A DNA stretch of 57,252 nt from Arcobacter sp. (GTDB lineage Bacteria; Campylobacterota; Campylobacteria; Campylobacterales; Arcobacteraceae). Position numbers and translations under genes: made by a program. The stretch lies in the NCBI GenBank assembly GCA_965662175.1, contig CBFIGT010000005.1, forward strand, positions 1 to 57,252. Reading direction: 5' to 3'. Numbering within the stretch: position 1 is the stretch's first letter; the number at the start of each line of letters is the position of its first letter. The notes beneath the pieces were generated by a model. The model did not search any database. It was not told the origin of the DNA and saw nothing but the letters and a program-made list of their open reading frames with translations. Shown here piece by piece: positions 35,342 through 46,640 of this stretch.

Positions 35342-35989
35342 ATGGATACAATAAAAAGATTAATAGCGGGAAATGAAAAGTTTAGAAAAGAGTATTTCCC
35401 ATATTTTGAAAAAGATTTAAAAGAGAGCGTTAAATTAGGTCAAAGACCACAAGTTCTTTTTATAGGATGTTCAGACAGTAGAATTACACCTGATTTAATG
35501 TTAAACACAGAACCAGGTGATATGTTTATTTTAAGAAACGTAGGAAATTTTGTAGCGCCATTCAAATTTGATGAGGATTTTCATGGTAGTGCTGCTGCTA
35601 TTGAGTTTGCTGTTTCAGTTTTAAATGTAAAAGATATTATTGTATGTGGTCATTCCCATTGTGGTGCTTGTAAAGCCTTGTATAAAGAGATACCTGCAAC
35701 TAATGAGATGATTCATGTAAAAACTTGGCTAAAACTTGGTGAAAAAGCAAAAGAGAGAACATTAAGAAATCATAAATATACAACTGAAGAAGAAAAATAT
35801 AGAGCAACTGAGAGAAACTCTATTAGGCATCAATTAGACAATCTTATGACCTATCCTGAGGTAAAAAAAAGAGTTGAAAATAATGAAATCAAAATCCATG
35901 GCTGGTATTATGATATAGAAACAGGTAATATAGATTATTACAATAAAGAAGAAGATAACTTTAAACCAATAAAGGATTTTGTACAATGA
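35342..35989 (+). CDS. can: Beta-class carbonic anhydrase
   Basis: FIGCSDSR, RNVGN, CGHSHCGA, HGWYYDI. Confidence 0.93.
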   Translation: MDTIKRLIAGNEKFRKEYFPYFEKDLKESVKLGQRPQVLFIGCSDSRITPDLMLNTEPGDMFILRNVGNFVAPFKFDEDFHGSAAAIEFAVSVLNVKDIIVCGHSHCGACKALYKEIPATNEMIHVKTWLKLGEKAKERTLRNHKYTTEEEKYRATERNSIRHQLDNLMTYPEVKKRVENNEIKIHGWYYDIETGNIDYYNKEEDNFKPIKDFVQ

Positions 35990-36303
35990 GCCAAACAGAA
36001 GTTAGAAAATTACCAAAAAAAACAATATTTATTATAGTAACTTTAATAGTTGTAACTATTGTTGGTTTCATATTAATTACTTTGTCTAAACAAGTTAAAA
36101 TGGAAGAAGTGCTAAACTCACTGGGTTATAAAAATATTAAAAATGTTATAGTTTATAATGTCTCTCAAGTAGAAGATGGTGAGACTAAGAGAAAAGGTAG
36201 CCTTTATAAGATTGGTTTCCAAAACTTGGATACAAATCAAGAGTGTATAGGCTTAGTTTTTAAAAATAATAATAAATATAAAAAAGATATTGAGTGTAAA
36301 TAA
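35986..36303 (+). CDS. Hypothetical membrane-anchored protein
   Basis: N-terminal TM segment; translationally coupled within the operon. Confidence 0.7.
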   Translation: MSQTEVRKLPKKTIFIIVTLIVVTIVGFILITLSKQVKMEEVLNSLGYKNIKNVIVYNVSQVEDGETKRKGSLYKIGFQNLDTNQECIGLVFKNNNKYKKDIECK

Positions 36304-37365
36304 ATGAGTATTATAGAAAAATTAGAAAACAATGATAGATTGAGTTATGAAGATGCTTTAGAGCTTTATGATTTAGATCTTTTTATTTTAGGTAAATATG
36401 CCGATAAAATCAGAAGAGAAAAACATAAAAACAAAAGCTACTTCAATATAAATAGACATATAAACCCAACAAATATCTGTAAAGATGTTTGTCAATTTTG
36501 TGCTTACAGTGCAAGTAGAAAAAATCCTAAACCATATACTTTATCCCATGAAGAGATTTTAAAAACTGTTGAAAACTCTTCAAAAAATGGAATAAAAGAG
36601 GTTCACATAGTATCAGCTCATAATCCAGAAACAGGATTAGAGTGGTATTTAGAGATATTTAAAAAAATCAAAACACAATTTCCTGATATCCATGTAAAAG
36701 CATTAACAGCAGCTGAAATTCATTTTTTAAGTGAAGAGTACAATAAATCACATGAAGAGATTATTGATTTAATGATTGAGTATGGTGTTGATTCTATGCC
36801 AGGTGGCGGTGCTGAAATTTTTGATGAAAAGGTGCGAAAAAAGATTTGTGGAGGAAAAGTTACTTCACAACAATGGCTAGATATTCATAAACTTTGGCAT
36901 GAAAAAGGAAAACAAAGTAATGCTACTATGCTTTTTGGACATGTTGAGAGTAGAGAGAATAGAATTGACCATATGTTAAGACTAAGAGATTTACAAGATA
37001 AAACAAATGGTTTTAACGCTTTTATTCCTTTAGTTTATCAAAAAGAGAATAATTTCTTAAAAGTAAAAGATTTTTTAACAGGTCAAGAGATACTTAAAAC
37101 TATGGCAATAGCTAGAATTTTACTTGATAATATTCCTCATTTAAAAGCTTATTGGGTAACATCAACTATAAAACTAGCTCTTGTGGCTCAAGAGTTTGGT
37201 GCAAATGATTTAGATGGAACTATTGAAAAAGAGTCTATTCAAAGTGCAGCAGGAGCTGCTAGTGCAAATGGAATGCCTTTAAATCAGTTCATAAATTTAA
37301 TCAAAAATTCTGGCTTCACTCCTGTTGAGAGAGATTCAGTTTATAATGAGCTAAAAGTTTGGTAA
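36304..37365 (+). CDS. mqnE: Aminofutalosine synthase MqnE
   Basis: FNINRHINPTNICKDVCQFCAY, SMPGGGAEIF, NATMLFGH, HLKAYW, DLDGTI. Confidence 0.92.
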   Translation: MSIIEKLENNDRLSYEDALELYDLDLFILGKYADKIRREKHKNKSYFNINRHINPTNICKDVCQFCAYSASRKNPKPYTLSHEEILKTVENSSKNGIKEVHIVSAHNPETGLEWYLEIFKKIKTQFPDIHVKALTAAEIHFLSEEYNKSHEEIIDLMIEYGVDSMPGGGAEIFDEKVRKKICGGKVTSQQWLDIHKLWHEKGKQSNATMLFGHVESRENRIDHMLRLRDLQDKTNGFNAFIPLVYQKENNFLKVKDFLTGQEILKTMAIARILLDNIPHLKAYWVTSTIKLALVAQEFGANDLDGTIEKESIQSAAGAASANGMPLNQFINLIKNSGFTPVERDSVYNELKVW

Positions 37366-37366
37366 T

Positions 37367-37726
37367 ATGCCTAAACTTTTAGTATCTATATTAATAACTT
37401 TATCACTTATTAGCTGTTTAAATGCTGCCCAAGAAAAAGAGTCTAAAGAGTGGAATGAGATAAAATCTGCCACAAAAACAATCATAGATAAAAGCTCAAC
37501 TTTTTCAAATCATGTAATGAAAGATGCAAGGGATGGATTTGAAGAGATAAATAAAAATGAAGAGGTAAAAAAACTCAAAAAAGATTTTTCAAGTTATTAT
37601 GACAAAATCTCTAAAGATACAAAAACATTTTTAAATAAAATAAGTAACTCAAAAGAGGCAAAAAATATCAAAAAAAAATCTGATGAATTTTGGAAATCAA
37701 TTTTTGGTGAAAAACCTAAAAAATAA
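37367..37726 (+). CDS. Hypothetical exported helical protein
   Basis: Signal peptide, Lys/Glu-rich; 1 nt after mqnE. Confidence 0.65.
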   Translation: MPKLLVSILITLSLISCLNAAQEKESKEWNEIKSATKTIIDKSSTFSNHVMKDARDGFEEINKNEEVKKLKKDFSSYYDKISKDTKTFLNKISNSKEAKNIKKKSDEFWKSIFGEKPKK

Positions 37727-37728
37727 CT

Positions 37729-39312
37729 CTAAAGATTCTGATGAAACTGTAATCCAAAATCTACTTCAATAAAATCTTCATTTTTCAAAAACACAATAGG
37801 ATATGAAACATTTATAGAGTATTTTTCTTTATTTAAATTATCCAATAATTCATAAAACTGAACAGGTGAATTTAATAAAATATTTACCCTATAATTATAA
37901 GTAGAAATCTTCAAATTAAAAGTTGACTCAAATTTTAAAACAGCACTTTTTGGAAGTATTATTTTTAGTTGATCTGTTACTCTTTTTTCAGGCATAAAAC
38001 CATCATTTATATATTTAGGTAATTTTTCATTAAAAATCATCTCTTTTTTGATTAGTTCATTATTATAAATTGTTACATCTAAAGCTATATTTTTTGAGTC
38101 TTTTACTTGAATATTAGAGTATTTATAGATATTTAAAAGTTGTGGCTGAATATCTTTTATATATGAATCAGGACTTATCATTTTACCTGAGATTGTTGAG
38201 TTCTCTTTTTTTATCTCTAAACTATCAACAAGCATATCAAAAGGAATTACATCTAATAAAATCTTTATATCACTTTTTATTTGATTATTAAAATTTATAT
38301 GATTTGGTAGTGCTTCAACTTTTATCTCTTTTTTTACAACTTCACTTTTTACTTCCTCTTTTTTTATGAATATTTCATCAATACTCTTTTTTACCTCATT
38401 TTGATAATAAAATCCAAGCCCAGCAAATAAACCTAAAGTTATAAAACTAAGTATAAACCATTTGAAAAATGAACTAGCTTTTTTTATTCTAGGTTTTACA
38501 TATGAGTATGTATTTGCATTAGATGAGCGTGTAAGCTCGTAAATTGAGTCTTTTAATGAAATATAGTGATAATGTACATTTATTAAAATATCATCTTCTA
38601 TTGCTTGTATTTGCTCATCACTTAGCTGTTTAATATTATATAAAATATCAATCTTCTCTATAAAATTATTAGTCTTTTTTGAGTAATACTCTTTTAATGC
38701 TTTTGAAATAGAGTTTTGTAACTCCAAGGCATAAATCTCATCATAAAGCTTTTGCCCTACCACATCAGAGGTATAAAAGTGAGATTTTTTAATATCTTTA
38801 AAATCACTTAGCTTATAGATTTTATTATAAACAATTCTATTTAGTTCATTTACAATAATAATATATACATAATTACTAACAGTAAAAACAATCAAAGAGT
38901 TAGAGCAGGGATTTTGTTCTAAGTGTAAATTTAAAATTTGAAATGGTGAAAAAACATAGTCTAAACCTGTAAACTCAAAGTAGTGTTCAACTTCAAAAAG
39001 TTTTGAACTTTTTATAACCACATCAAAACTACTATTTAAAGAGGCTTTTTTATAATCTTGTAGTTTTTTATTTGTTTTATTTATTATTTTTTCATCATCA
39101 CAAAGGCATAGAGTTGAGATATAAGTTTTAGAAATATTTTTTTGCCATTGGTTAAGTTTGCTTGCAATATCTCGTGTTAATATTTCATCATGAATTATAA
39201 ATGTTGATTCTTCAGATAAATCAAGGTTTTCATTTTTAAGCTTTTTAAAATCTACTTTTAATTGAGTATCTAATTTTAATACACTTATATATTGAGAATC
39301 TTTGCTAAACAT
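37729..39312 (-). CDS. Hypothetical bitopic membrane protein
   Basis: 527-aa ORF with one central TM segment; in operon behind miaB. Confidence 0.7.
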   Translation of the reverse strand: MFSKDSQYISVLKLDTQLKVDFKKLKNENLDLSEESTFIIHDEILTRDIASKLNQWQKNISKTYISTLCLCDDEKIINKTNKKLQDYKKASLNSSFDVVIKSSKLFEVEHYFEFTGLDYVFSPFQILNLHLEQNPCSNSLIVFTVSNYVYIIIVNELNRIVYNKIYKLSDFKDIKKSHFYTSDVVGQKLYDEIYALELQNSISKALKEYYSKKTNNFIEKIDILYNIKQLSDEQIQAIEDDILINVHYHYISLKDSIYELTRSSNANTYSYVKPRIKKASSFFKWFILSFITLGLFAGLGFYYQNEVKKSIDEIFIKKEEVKSEVVKKEIKVEALPNHINFNNQIKSDIKILLDVIPFDMLVDSLEIKKENSTISGKMISPDSYIKDIQPQLLNIYKYSNIQVKDSKNIALDVTIYNNELIKKEMIFNEKLPKYINDGFMPEKRVTDQLKIILPKSAVLKFESTFNLKISTYNYRVNILLNSPVQFYELLDNLNKEKYSINVSYPIVFLKNEDFIEVDFGLQFHQNL

Positions 39313-39325
39313 TCACACCCCAATT

Positions 39326-39940
39326 TTATTTCATAGCATTTTCTAGAAGTTTATTTTTTATAAACTCTTTAGCTTCCTCTGTTTCTAAATCACCTAAACT
39401 AAAAGGCTCACTAACATAAAAATCTAAAGTCCCAAAGGGCTTTGGTACAATAAATTTATCCCAAGAATTAAACTGCCAATATGAACTAGGCTTACAATTA
39501 AATGCCAATATCTTAGCATTTGTTTTCTTATGAATTGCAACAATACCATCAGCAACTGAAAACCTAGGACCTTTTGGACCATCAGGAGTTATTGCTATAT
39601 CATCTCCACCTTTTAACTCTTTAATTGCACCAATTAAAGCCTTAGCACCACCTCTAGTACTTGAACCTCTAATTGAATAAATTCCAAGATATTCAACTGT
39701 TTTAGTAATAGCTTCACCATCTTTATGTTCACTAATCATGGCTGAAACTTTACCCTTTGGTTTTAGTTTTTGATAATTAAAAGGTTGCATTAAAAGCTCA
39801 CCATGCCAAAAAGAGACAATATAAGTTTTATCTTTTAACTCTTTTGGATGGTGAAATCTTTTTTTACTTGTAAGATAAATAAATCTTACAAATAATTGTA
39901 ATAAAAATGGTACAACTTTAGTCATCAAAAAAAGTTTCAT
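39326..39940 (-). CDS. DUF374 lysophospholipid acyltransferase family (LpxJ-like)
   Basis: FWHGEL, ISEHKDGE, IRGSSTRGG, ITPDGPKGP, SWDKFIVPKPF. Confidence 0.88.
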   Translation of the reverse strand: MKLFLMTKVVPFLLQLFVRFIYLTSKKRFHHPKELKDKTYIVSFWHGELLMQPFNYQKLKPKGKVSAMISEHKDGEAITKTVEYLGIYSIRGSSTRGGAKALIGAIKELKGGDDIAITPDGPKGPRFSVADGIVAIHKKTNAKILAFNCKPSSYWQFNSWDKFIVPKPFGTLDFYVSEPFSLGDLETEEAKEFIKNKLLENAMK

Positions 39941-41256
39941 TAATTAACCACTTCACCTTGTAAAGCTGTTCTTGAAGCATTTGTAATTTTAACTTTTACG
40001 AACTTTCCAAGTAATTCATCACTTCCTTTTACATAAACCTGACACCAATTATCAGTAAAACCACAAACTTCACCACCTGATTTTAGGTTTTCAACTAAAA
40101 TCTCAACAGTTTGTCCTATATATTTTTTCATATGTTCAACCTGATGTTGCTTGTGTAAATCAATTACTTCAATTAATCTTTTACTAGCAATCTCATCAGC
40201 TATCTCTTTATCTTTTAATTCAAGTGCTGCTGTATTTGGTCTTGGAGAGTATTTAAAGTTAAATATTTGGTCAAATTTAACTTGATTGATTACATCAATT
40301 GTATCTTCAAAATCCTCTTGTGTTTCACCTGGAAATGCAACAATAATATCTGTTGTAATTCTAACATCAGGAACCATTTTTTTGATTTTTTCTGCTCTAT
40401 TTAAGAACCACTCTTTTGTGTATCCTCTTTTCATAGCTTTTAAAATCGATGTTGAACCACTTTGTAGTGGCATATGAATGCATTTACTTATTTTAGGATT
40501 TTTAGAAAACTCTTCAATAAACTCATCATCCATATGTAAAGGGTGAGGTGAAGTAAATCTTATTCTTTGAAGACCTTCAATCTTTGAAACCTCTTGTAAA
40601 AGTTTAGTAAATGTAGTTTTTGCTCTTTTATCAGAAAATCTTCTTCCATAAGAGTTAACATTTTGCCCTAAAAGCATAACTTCAACAGCACCCTTAGCAA
40701 CATCTTTTTGGATTTGCTCCACAATCATCTCAGGAGGAATAGAGATTTCATCACCTCTTGTTGCAGGAACAATACAATAAGTACACTCTTTATCACATCC
40801 AATAGAGATATTTACAGATGTTTTATACATAGATGTTTCACTTCTAGCAAACTCATAAGTACTTTCGTCATTTTCTATTGAAATCTCAACAGCACCTTTT
40901 ACATCAATAATATCTTTTATTTTTGATATATTTCTTGCACCCACAACAAAATCAACATAAGGAGCACGTTTAATAATATCATTACCCAAATGTGAAGCCG
41001 TACAACCGCAAACACCAATTTTTGCACCATCTTTTTTCTTAGAGTTAAACTGCCCTATTTCTGAAAAAAGCTTTTGAACTGGTTTTTCTCTTACTGAACA
41101 AGTATTAATAATAATTAAATCAGCATCTTCCATATTATCAGTTGTTTTATAATCTTTATACTTCTCAAGCTCTGCAATAATATGTTGGCTATCTGTGTCG
41201 TTCATTTGACAACCAAGTGTTTGTATAAATAGTTTTTTAGATTCTTCTTTACTCAT
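39940..41256 (-). CDS. miaB: tRNA-2-methylthio-N6-dimethylallyladenosine synthase
   Basis: [41 protein letters not shown]-terminal TRAM domain. Confidence 0.96.
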   Translation of the reverse strand: MSKEESKKLFIQTLGCQMNDTDSQHIIAELEKYKDYKTTDNMEDADLIIINTCSVREKPVQKLFSEIGQFNSKKKDGAKIGVCGCTASHLGNDIIKRAPYVDFVVGARNISKIKDIIDVKGAVEISIENDESTYEFARSETSMYKTSVNISIGCDKECTYCIVPATRGDEISIPPEMIVEQIQKDVAKGAVEVMLLGQNVNSYGRRFSDKRAKTTFTKLLQEVSKIEGLQRIRFTSPHPLHMDDEFIEEFSKNPKISKCIHMPLQSGSTSILKAMKRGYTKEWFLNRAEKIKKMVPDVRITTDIIVAFPGETQEDFEDTIDVINQVKFDQIFNFKYSPRPNTAALELKDKEIADEIASKRLIEVIDLHKQHQVEHMKKYIGQTVEILVENLKSGGEVCGFTDNWCQVYVKGSDELLGKFVKVKITNASRTALQGEVVN

Positions 41257-41271
41257 GTTATCTTTCACTTT

Positions 41272-41514
41272 TTAAAGTGCATGTACCTCATACATATACT
41301 CTTCGTCAGCTAAACCATATCTTACTTCTCTAAAATATACATTAAAACCTTCATCTTCTAAAGCATCAACCAAAGCCATCATATCTTTGTGAGAATTATC
41401 TCTATCAAAGTAAAATAGTTTTTGACCAAGCTCTTTTAACTCTTCAAGTATTTTTTCAAATTTTACTTTCTTTGGTTTCTCATTTAATTCGTTTCTTGCG
41501 AACAATAATTCCAT
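41272..41514 (-). CDS. HP0268-family protein
   Basis: MELLFAR...FYFDRDNSHKD...REVRYGL....YMYEVH; conserved position between miaB and nusA in Campylobacterota. Confidence 0.82.
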   Translation of the reverse strand: MELLFARNELNEKPKKVKFEKILEELKELGQKLFYFDRDNSHKDMMALVDALEDEGFNVYFREVRYGLADEEYMYEVHAL

Positions 41515-41672
41515 CTGTTTATGCCTTTTTTCTTTTTTAATTAGCTAAATATTTTAGCTTAAAGTTACTTTTAGTTTTATAAAAGATTTAATAAAAGAAG
41601 TTTTAGATATAATAATGTTCTACATTCACATTGAAAATCAAAAATTTCATTTCAATGTTAAAAAGGTTATAA

Positions 41673-42848
41673 ATGGACAAAATTATTGATATATTAGATT
41701 CTATTGCTTATGAAAAAGGTATCAAAATTGAAGAGGTTGAAACAGCTTTAAAAGAAGCGCTTATTAAAACTGGTGAAAAAATGGTTGACCAGACTCTAAG
41801 ATTCGATGCTGAAATTGACAGAAAAAATAAAAAATTAAAACTGTTTCAAAAAATTGAAGTTGTTGATGATGATGATAAAAAACTTCTTGGGGTAGAATTA
41901 GATCAATATGGAAATGTTTTAAATGCAGAAAACTTTATCTCGCTTGAAGAGGCTAAAGAGATTGATGCTGATTTAGAGATTGGTGATTTCTTAGATTATG
42001 ATTTAGAGTTTGAAGATATGGGAAGAAATGCAGCTACTATTTTGCATAACAACTTTGAATACAGAATTCAAAGATATATTGAAGAGAACTTATTATCTAA
42101 ATATAAATCAAAAATTGGAAAAATTATTAACGGAACTGTTACAAGAGTAGATAGGTCAGAAAATACTTTTGTTGAAATTGGTGAAGTTAAAGGAATGCTT
42201 ACAAGAAAAAGTAGAATAAAAGGTGAATCTTTTAAAATAGGTGATACCTTAAAAGCAGTTGTAAAAGCTGTAACTATTGACAAAACAAATGGTTTAGTTA
42301 TTGAATTATCAAGAACAAGTCCTAAGTTCTTAGAAGCTCTTTTAACACTTGAAGTTCCTGAATTAAAAGATGAAAGAATTACTATTGAAGCTAGTGCTAG
42401 AATTCCAGGAAGCCGTGCTAAAATTGCCTTATCAACTATGGAGCCTCAAATTGACCCAATTGGTTCAGTTGTTGGAGTTAAAGGTGTTAGAATTAGTGCT
42501 GTTAGCCAACAATTATGGGGTGAAAATATTGACTGTGTTGAATACTCTCCAATTCCAGAGATGTTTGTAGCACGTGCTTTAAGTCCTGCTATTATCAAAA
42601 CTGTACAAATTATCAAATCAGAAGACCCAAGAGAAAAAGATAAAGCTATAGTTACAATTCCAAGTGATCAAAAATCAAAAGCTATTGGAAAAGCTGGTTT
42701 AAATATTAGATTAGCTTCTATGCTTACAAGATGTGATATTGAGCTTGTTGAAATTGATGAGAATACGAAAGTTTCTGAAAACTCAACTACAATTCCAAGT
42801 GATGAAAAAACAAAAGATACATCTGAATTAGAGGCACTATTTAAATAA
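41673..42848 (+). CDS. nusA: Transcription termination/antitermination factor NusA
   Basis: LSRTSPKFL, ARIPGSRAK, DPIGSVVGVKGVRI, KAIGKAGLNIRLAS. Confidence 0.96.
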   Translation: MDKIIDILDSIAYEKGIKIEEVETALKEALIKTGEKMVDQTLRFDAEIDRKNKKLKLFQKIEVVDDDDKKLLGVELDQYGNVLNAENFISLEEAKEIDADLEIGDFLDYDLEFEDMGRNAATILHNNFEYRIQRYIEENLLSKYKSKIGKIINGTVTRVDRSENTFVEIGEVKGMLTRKSRIKGESFKIGDTLKAVVKAVTIDKTNGLVIELSRTSPKFLEALLTLEVPELKDERITIEASARIPGSRAKIALSTMEPQIDPIGSVVGVKGVRISAVSQQLWGENIDCVEYSPIPEMFVARALSPAIIKTVQIIKSEDPREKDKAIVTIPSDQKSKAIGKAGLNIRLASMLTRCDIELVEIDENTKVSENSTTIPSDEKTKDTSELEALFK

Positions 42849-44251
42849 TGGGCAAAATATTCATTTATGATTCTGTAAAAAAAGAGAAAGTTTTATTTGA
42901 AGCAATAGTGGAAAATCAAGCTAGAGTTTATGTATGTGGACCAACTGTTTATGATGATTCACACTTAGGCCATGCAAGAAGTGCTATTGCTTTTGATATG
43001 CTTCATAGAGTATTAAAAGCAAATGCCTATGATGTAAATATGACAAAAAACTTTACAGATATTGATGATAAGATTATTAAAAAAATCCACTCAACAGGGC
43101 AAAGCTTAGAAGAGATTACAAGCACATATATAAATGCATACAAAAATGATATGAAAGCTTTAAATGTACTTGATAACTCTTATGAGCCAAAAGCAACTCA
43201 AAATCTTGAAGCTATGATAGAGATGATAAATGATTTAATCTCAAAAGATATTGCTTATATTATCTCTGATGGTGTATATTTTGATGTTTCAAAAGATAGT
43301 TCATATGGAGAGATTTCTAAACGTGCAAGTGATGAAAACTCAATTGCAAGAGTTGAAATAAATAGTGAAAAAAGAAACTCATCTGATTTTGCCTTATGGA
43401 AGTTTGAAAAAGCAAATGATATAGCTTATGAGGCACCTTTTGGCAAAGGTCGACCTGGTTGGCATATTGAGTGTAGTGCTATGATTAAAAAACATTTAGC
43501 TTATACAAATGAGGCTTTTCAAATAGATATTCATGGCGGTGGTGCGGATTTACTTTTTCCACACCATGAAAATGAAGCAGCACAAACTAGATGTTCCTCA
43601 CATACAGAGCTTGCAAAATATTGGATGCATAATGGTTTTGTAACTATTGATGGGGAAAAAATGAGTAAATCTCTTGGAAACTCATTTTTCTTAAAAGATA
43701 TTTTAAAATCATATAGTGGTGAAGTTGTTAGATTTTATCTTTTAACAGCCCATTATAGAACTGATTTCAACTTCAATGAAGAGGATTTAATCTCATCTAA
43801 AAAAAGACTTGATAAGCTTTATAGAGTTAAAAAAAGAGTTTATGGTGCAAATGCTTCACTTGTAAATAAAGAGTTCTCTATTAAACTTTTAGAGGCTTTA
43901 AATGACGATATAAATACATCAAAAGCTATTTCAATTGTTGATGAAATGATAAACAGTGCAAATGAAAAACTAGATGCTAATCCAAAAGATAAAAATCTAA
44001 AAAAAGAGCTTATTGCAAATATTGCTTATATTGAATCTCTTTTAGGAATTGGTGGAAGCGATGCTTATGAATATTTCCAATTTGGTATTGATAATGATAC
44101 TAAAATCAAAATTGAAGAGCTTATAAATAAAAGAGCTGAAGCCAAAAAAGAAAAAGATTTTGAAACAGCTGATAGTGTTAGAGATGAATTAAAAAACTTA
44201 GGAATATCTTTAATGGATACTCCAAATGGTGTGGTTTGGGAGAAGTTTTAA
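42848..44251 (+). CDS. cysS: Cysteine--tRNA ligase
   Basis: YVCGPTVYD..HLGH, GRPGWHIECSAM, FPHHENE, KMSKS. Confidence 0.97.
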   Translation: MGKIFIYDSVKKEKVLFEAIVENQARVYVCGPTVYDDSHLGHARSAIAFDMLHRVLKANAYDVNMTKNFTDIDDKIIKKIHSTGQSLEEITSTYINAYKNDMKALNVLDNSYEPKATQNLEAMIEMINDLISKDIAYIISDGVYFDVSKDSSYGEISKRASDENSIARVEINSEKRNSSDFALWKFEKANDIAYEAPFGKGRPGWHIECSAMIKKHLAYTNEAFQIDIHGGGADLLFPHHENEAAQTRCSSHTELAKYWMHNGFVTIDGEKMSKSLGNSFFLKDILKSYSGEVVRFYLLTAHYRTDFNFNEEDLISSKKRLDKLYRVKKRVYGANASLVNKEFSIKLLEALNDDINTSKAISIVDEMINSANEKLDANPKDKNLKKELIANIAYIESLLGIGGSDAYEYFQFGIDNDTKIKIEELINKRAEAKKEKDFETADSVRDELKNLGISLMDTPNGVVWEKF

Positions 44252-44259
44252 ACTTCTTT

Positions 44260-45252
44260 TCAAACCCTAAAATCTACGCTACTAACAACTCCAGCTTCTC
44301 CATTCTCTTTTAAAAATATTGAACTCTCTGTCATTTTTGCATTATCTTTTCCTATTGATTGACTATAATTAAAATCAGTGGCAACTGTTGATAAATATAT
44401 TGCGCCAACTCCTGCTTGTGCAAGGGTAAGTAATGAGTTCTCACCTTTTTCATTTATTTCCCATACTCTTAAATCTTTAAAAATAGAGTCATTTTCATCA
44501 ATCCAATTATTTCCATCTTCATCATAAGCTTTTAACTCAGCAAAACCATCCCCAGAAGCTGCACCAAATAGTTCATGTCCATTATCAATTTGGCCATTTT
44601 TATTTTTATCCAAAGCTAAAAATCCAACCCCATCTTTAAGTAAAGCAATCTCATCTTTTTCTCCATCACTGTTTATATCAAACATAAAACTCATATTTTT
44701 ACTAATTGAGTCAAAACTACTAAGATTATCTTGCATATTTATAAGTAAAGGATCTTCAAAATTTGTTGCACCAATACTTATTCTTGTTTTATGCACTTCA
44801 TAAAACTCTTGGGAGTAAGAGAGATTTAGATTTATATTAAACTCTTTATTTCCCGATTTTATTGTAGCTTGTGCAGAAAACTCCACAGAACTTTTTTGAT
44901 AATACTCTTCGCTACTTTCATAAACAAAGCCCCAAGAAGAGCCTCTTATATTATTGGTATAAGGATTATTTTCTTTTTGTTCTAATTGTTTATTATCATT
45001 TGGATAGAGTTTAACTTTCATACTTTTTTTCATCATTTGTTCAATTAATTGTTCAATAATCCTTTTTTTAACTCTATCACTTGCAGATAACTCTTCTTCA
45101 TTATTATAAACTGCCTTTGTTGATGTTTTTTGGATATTGCTATTTTCATTACTTAATCTTTGAGTAAAAACAGCTGAACTTATTTTAGAATCATGTTTTT
45201 GAATAAAACTACTACTTGCTTGCATATTAACATCATAAGAATCAATTTTCAT
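44260..45252 (-). CDS. Hypothetical protein with DxDxDG-type Ca-binding loops
   Basis: FDINSDGEKD, LDKNKNGQIDNGHELFG, YDEDGNNWIDEND; GGAG RBS before ATG 45252. Confidence 0.7.
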   Translation of the reverse strand: MKIDSYDVNMQASSSFIQKHDSKISSAVFTQRLSNENSNIQKTSTKAVYNNEEELSASDRVKKRIIEQLIEQMMKKSMKVKLYPNDNKQLEQKENNPYTNNIRGSSWGFVYESSEEYYQKSSVEFSAQATIKSGNKEFNINLNLSYSQEFYEVHKTRISIGATNFEDPLLINMQDNLSSFDSISKNMSFMFDINSDGEKDEIALLKDGVGFLALDKNKNGQIDNGHELFGAASGDGFAELKAYDEDGNNWIDENDSIFKDLRVWEINEKGENSLLTLAQAGVGAIYLSTVATDFNYSQSIGKDNAKMTESSIFLKENGEAGVVSSVDFRV

Positions 45253-45348
45253 AGCCAACTCCTAATTTATCTATATTTAAGAATTGTATAGTATAAAGTT
45301 TAAAGCTTTCTTTAAAGAAATATATTAATATTATAAATTTTTTGCATA

Positions 45349-45384
45349 AAAAAAGGGAAGATGAAAAATCATCTTCCCTTTTTT
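45349..45384 (-). terminator. Rho-independent terminator of rpsF-ssb-rpsR
   Basis: AAAAAAGGGAAGATGA-aaaa-TCATCTTCCCTTTTTT. Confidence 0.88.
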
Positions 45385-45398
45385 ATAAAGTTATCGAC

Positions 45399-45656
45399 TT
45401 ATCTTGCGTATGCAGCGTCAGTAACGTTTTTAGTATCAACAATATATGGAACTAATGCCATATGTCTTGCTCTTTTGATAGCTAATTCTACCATCTCTTG
45501 AGATCTTTTAGAGTTCCCTGTAAGTCTTCTAGGCATAATTTTACCTCTTTCAGACATAGAGATTTTTAATAAATCTGTGTTTTTATAATCAATAAAATCA
45601 ACTTTCATTTCTGTATATTTACAGTATTTTTTTCCGTACTTTCTTCTTTCAGCCAT
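45399..45656 (-). CDS. rpsR: 30S ribosomal protein S18
   Basis: IDYKN...[13 protein letters not shown]...[13 protein letters not shown]. Confidence 0.97.
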   Translation of the reverse strand: MAERRKYGKKYCKYTEMKVDFIDYKNTDLLKISMSERGKIMPRRLTGNSKRSQEMVELAIKRARHMALVPYIVDTKNVTDAAYAR

Positions 45657-45670
45657 TGTTTTTCCTCTTT

Positions 45671-46189
45671 CTAAAACGGTATTTCGTCTTCGTCAATATC
45701 TATTTCTGGTATTTTGTAACTATTGTCACTATTCATACCAGCACCATAAGCATTGCTAGTTTGAGCAGGCTTAGACTGGGGGTTATACTGATTTTGAGGT
45801 GCTTGTACTTGAGGTTGAGAATATCCACCACCATCTTGAGCTACACCCATATTTTGAGAATCAGATTTTGAATCTAACATTTTCATATTATCAACTCTTA
45901 GAGCATGTTTACTTCTGTTAGTTCCATCTTGAGCAGTCCACTGTTCAAAAACAAGTCTTCCTTCTAATAATACTTTAGAGCCTTTTCGTAAATACTGATT
46001 AGCTACCTCAGCAGATCTATTGAATATATTGAAATCTAAAAAACAAACTTCATCTTTCTTTTCACCTGTACTAGTTTTATAACTATATGATGTAGCAATT
46101 GCACCTTTAGCAACAGCAGCACCACTTGGTAAATATCTTAATTCAATATCTCGTGTTAAATTTCCAACCATTATTACTTTGTTATACAT
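45671..46189 (-). CDS. ssb: Single-stranded DNA-binding protein
   Basis: [17 protein letters not shown]...C-terminal DEDEIPF. Confidence 0.97.
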   Translation of the reverse strand: MYNKVIMVGNLTRDIELRYLPSGAAVAKGAIATSYSYKTSTGEKKDEVCFLDFNIFNRSAEVANQYLRKGSKVLLEGRLVFEQWTAQDGTNRSKHALRVDNMKMLDSKSDSQNMGVAQDGGGYSQPQVQAPQNQYNPQSKPAQTSNAYGAGMNSDNSYKIPEIDIDEDEIPF

Positions 46190-46218
46190 TTAGAGGCTCC
46201 TTGTTATTAAACTATGTC

Positions 46219-46572
46219 TTATGCAGACTTTTTAGCTGCTTCTGTACTTAGTGCAGTCCAAGCAGTAACTTCTTTTTTGCTCTCATATTTAATAAAAATG
46301 AATCTCATGATATTTTCATTAATTCTATAATTTCTTTCTAATTCTAAAATTGAAGATGTTGGTGCTTTGTAATAAATTACGTAGTAGTAACCTCTTTTAT
46401 TTCTTTGAATCTCATAAGCTAATTGCTTAGTACCCATATCGTTACAAGAAACAATTTCTCCACCATTTTTTTCAATGTTAGCTTTAACTAACTCAATTTG
46501 TGCCACAGTTTCCTCTTCAGTTAACGTAGGCTTTACAATAAACATTGTTTCATAATGCTTAATTCTTGACAT
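46219..46572 (-). CDS. rpsF: 30S ribosomal protein S6
   Basis: [10 protein letters not shown]...LAYEI...GYY; first gene of rpsF-ssb-rpsR. Confidence 0.96.
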   Translation of the reverse strand: MSRIKHYETMFIVKPTLTEEETVAQIELVKANIEKNGGEIVSCNDMGTKQLAYEIQRNKRGYYYVIYYKAPTSSILELERNYRINENIMRFIFIKYESKKEVTAWTALSTEAAKKSA

Positions 46573-46577
46573 ATATT

Positions 46578-46620
46578 CTCCTCTTAGTTTTCGCCGGTAT
46601 TATAAAAATATCAGCAAGGT
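46578..46620 (-). promoter_or_regulatory. Possible S6:S18 autoregulatory leader
   Basis: Minus strand CCTTGCTGATATT-ttta-TAATACCGGCG...AAGAGGAG: hairpin with a CCG motif next to the SD of rpsF. Confidence 0.4.
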
Positions 46621-46640
46621 TTTTTGTAAAGTCTGAGATT

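Noticed and set aside
41541..41560. TTAGCTAAATATTTTAGCTT as another regulon box
   Set aside because: No GCTATA half-site, spacing is not 11 bp, and it lies in a housekeeping divergent promoter.
44260..45252. Lanmodulin-like lanthanide-binding protein
   Set aside because: The loops lack the D-P-D-x-D-G EF-hand pattern, there is no signal peptide or regulon box, and it lies 21 kb from the island; more likely a generic Ca-binding protein.
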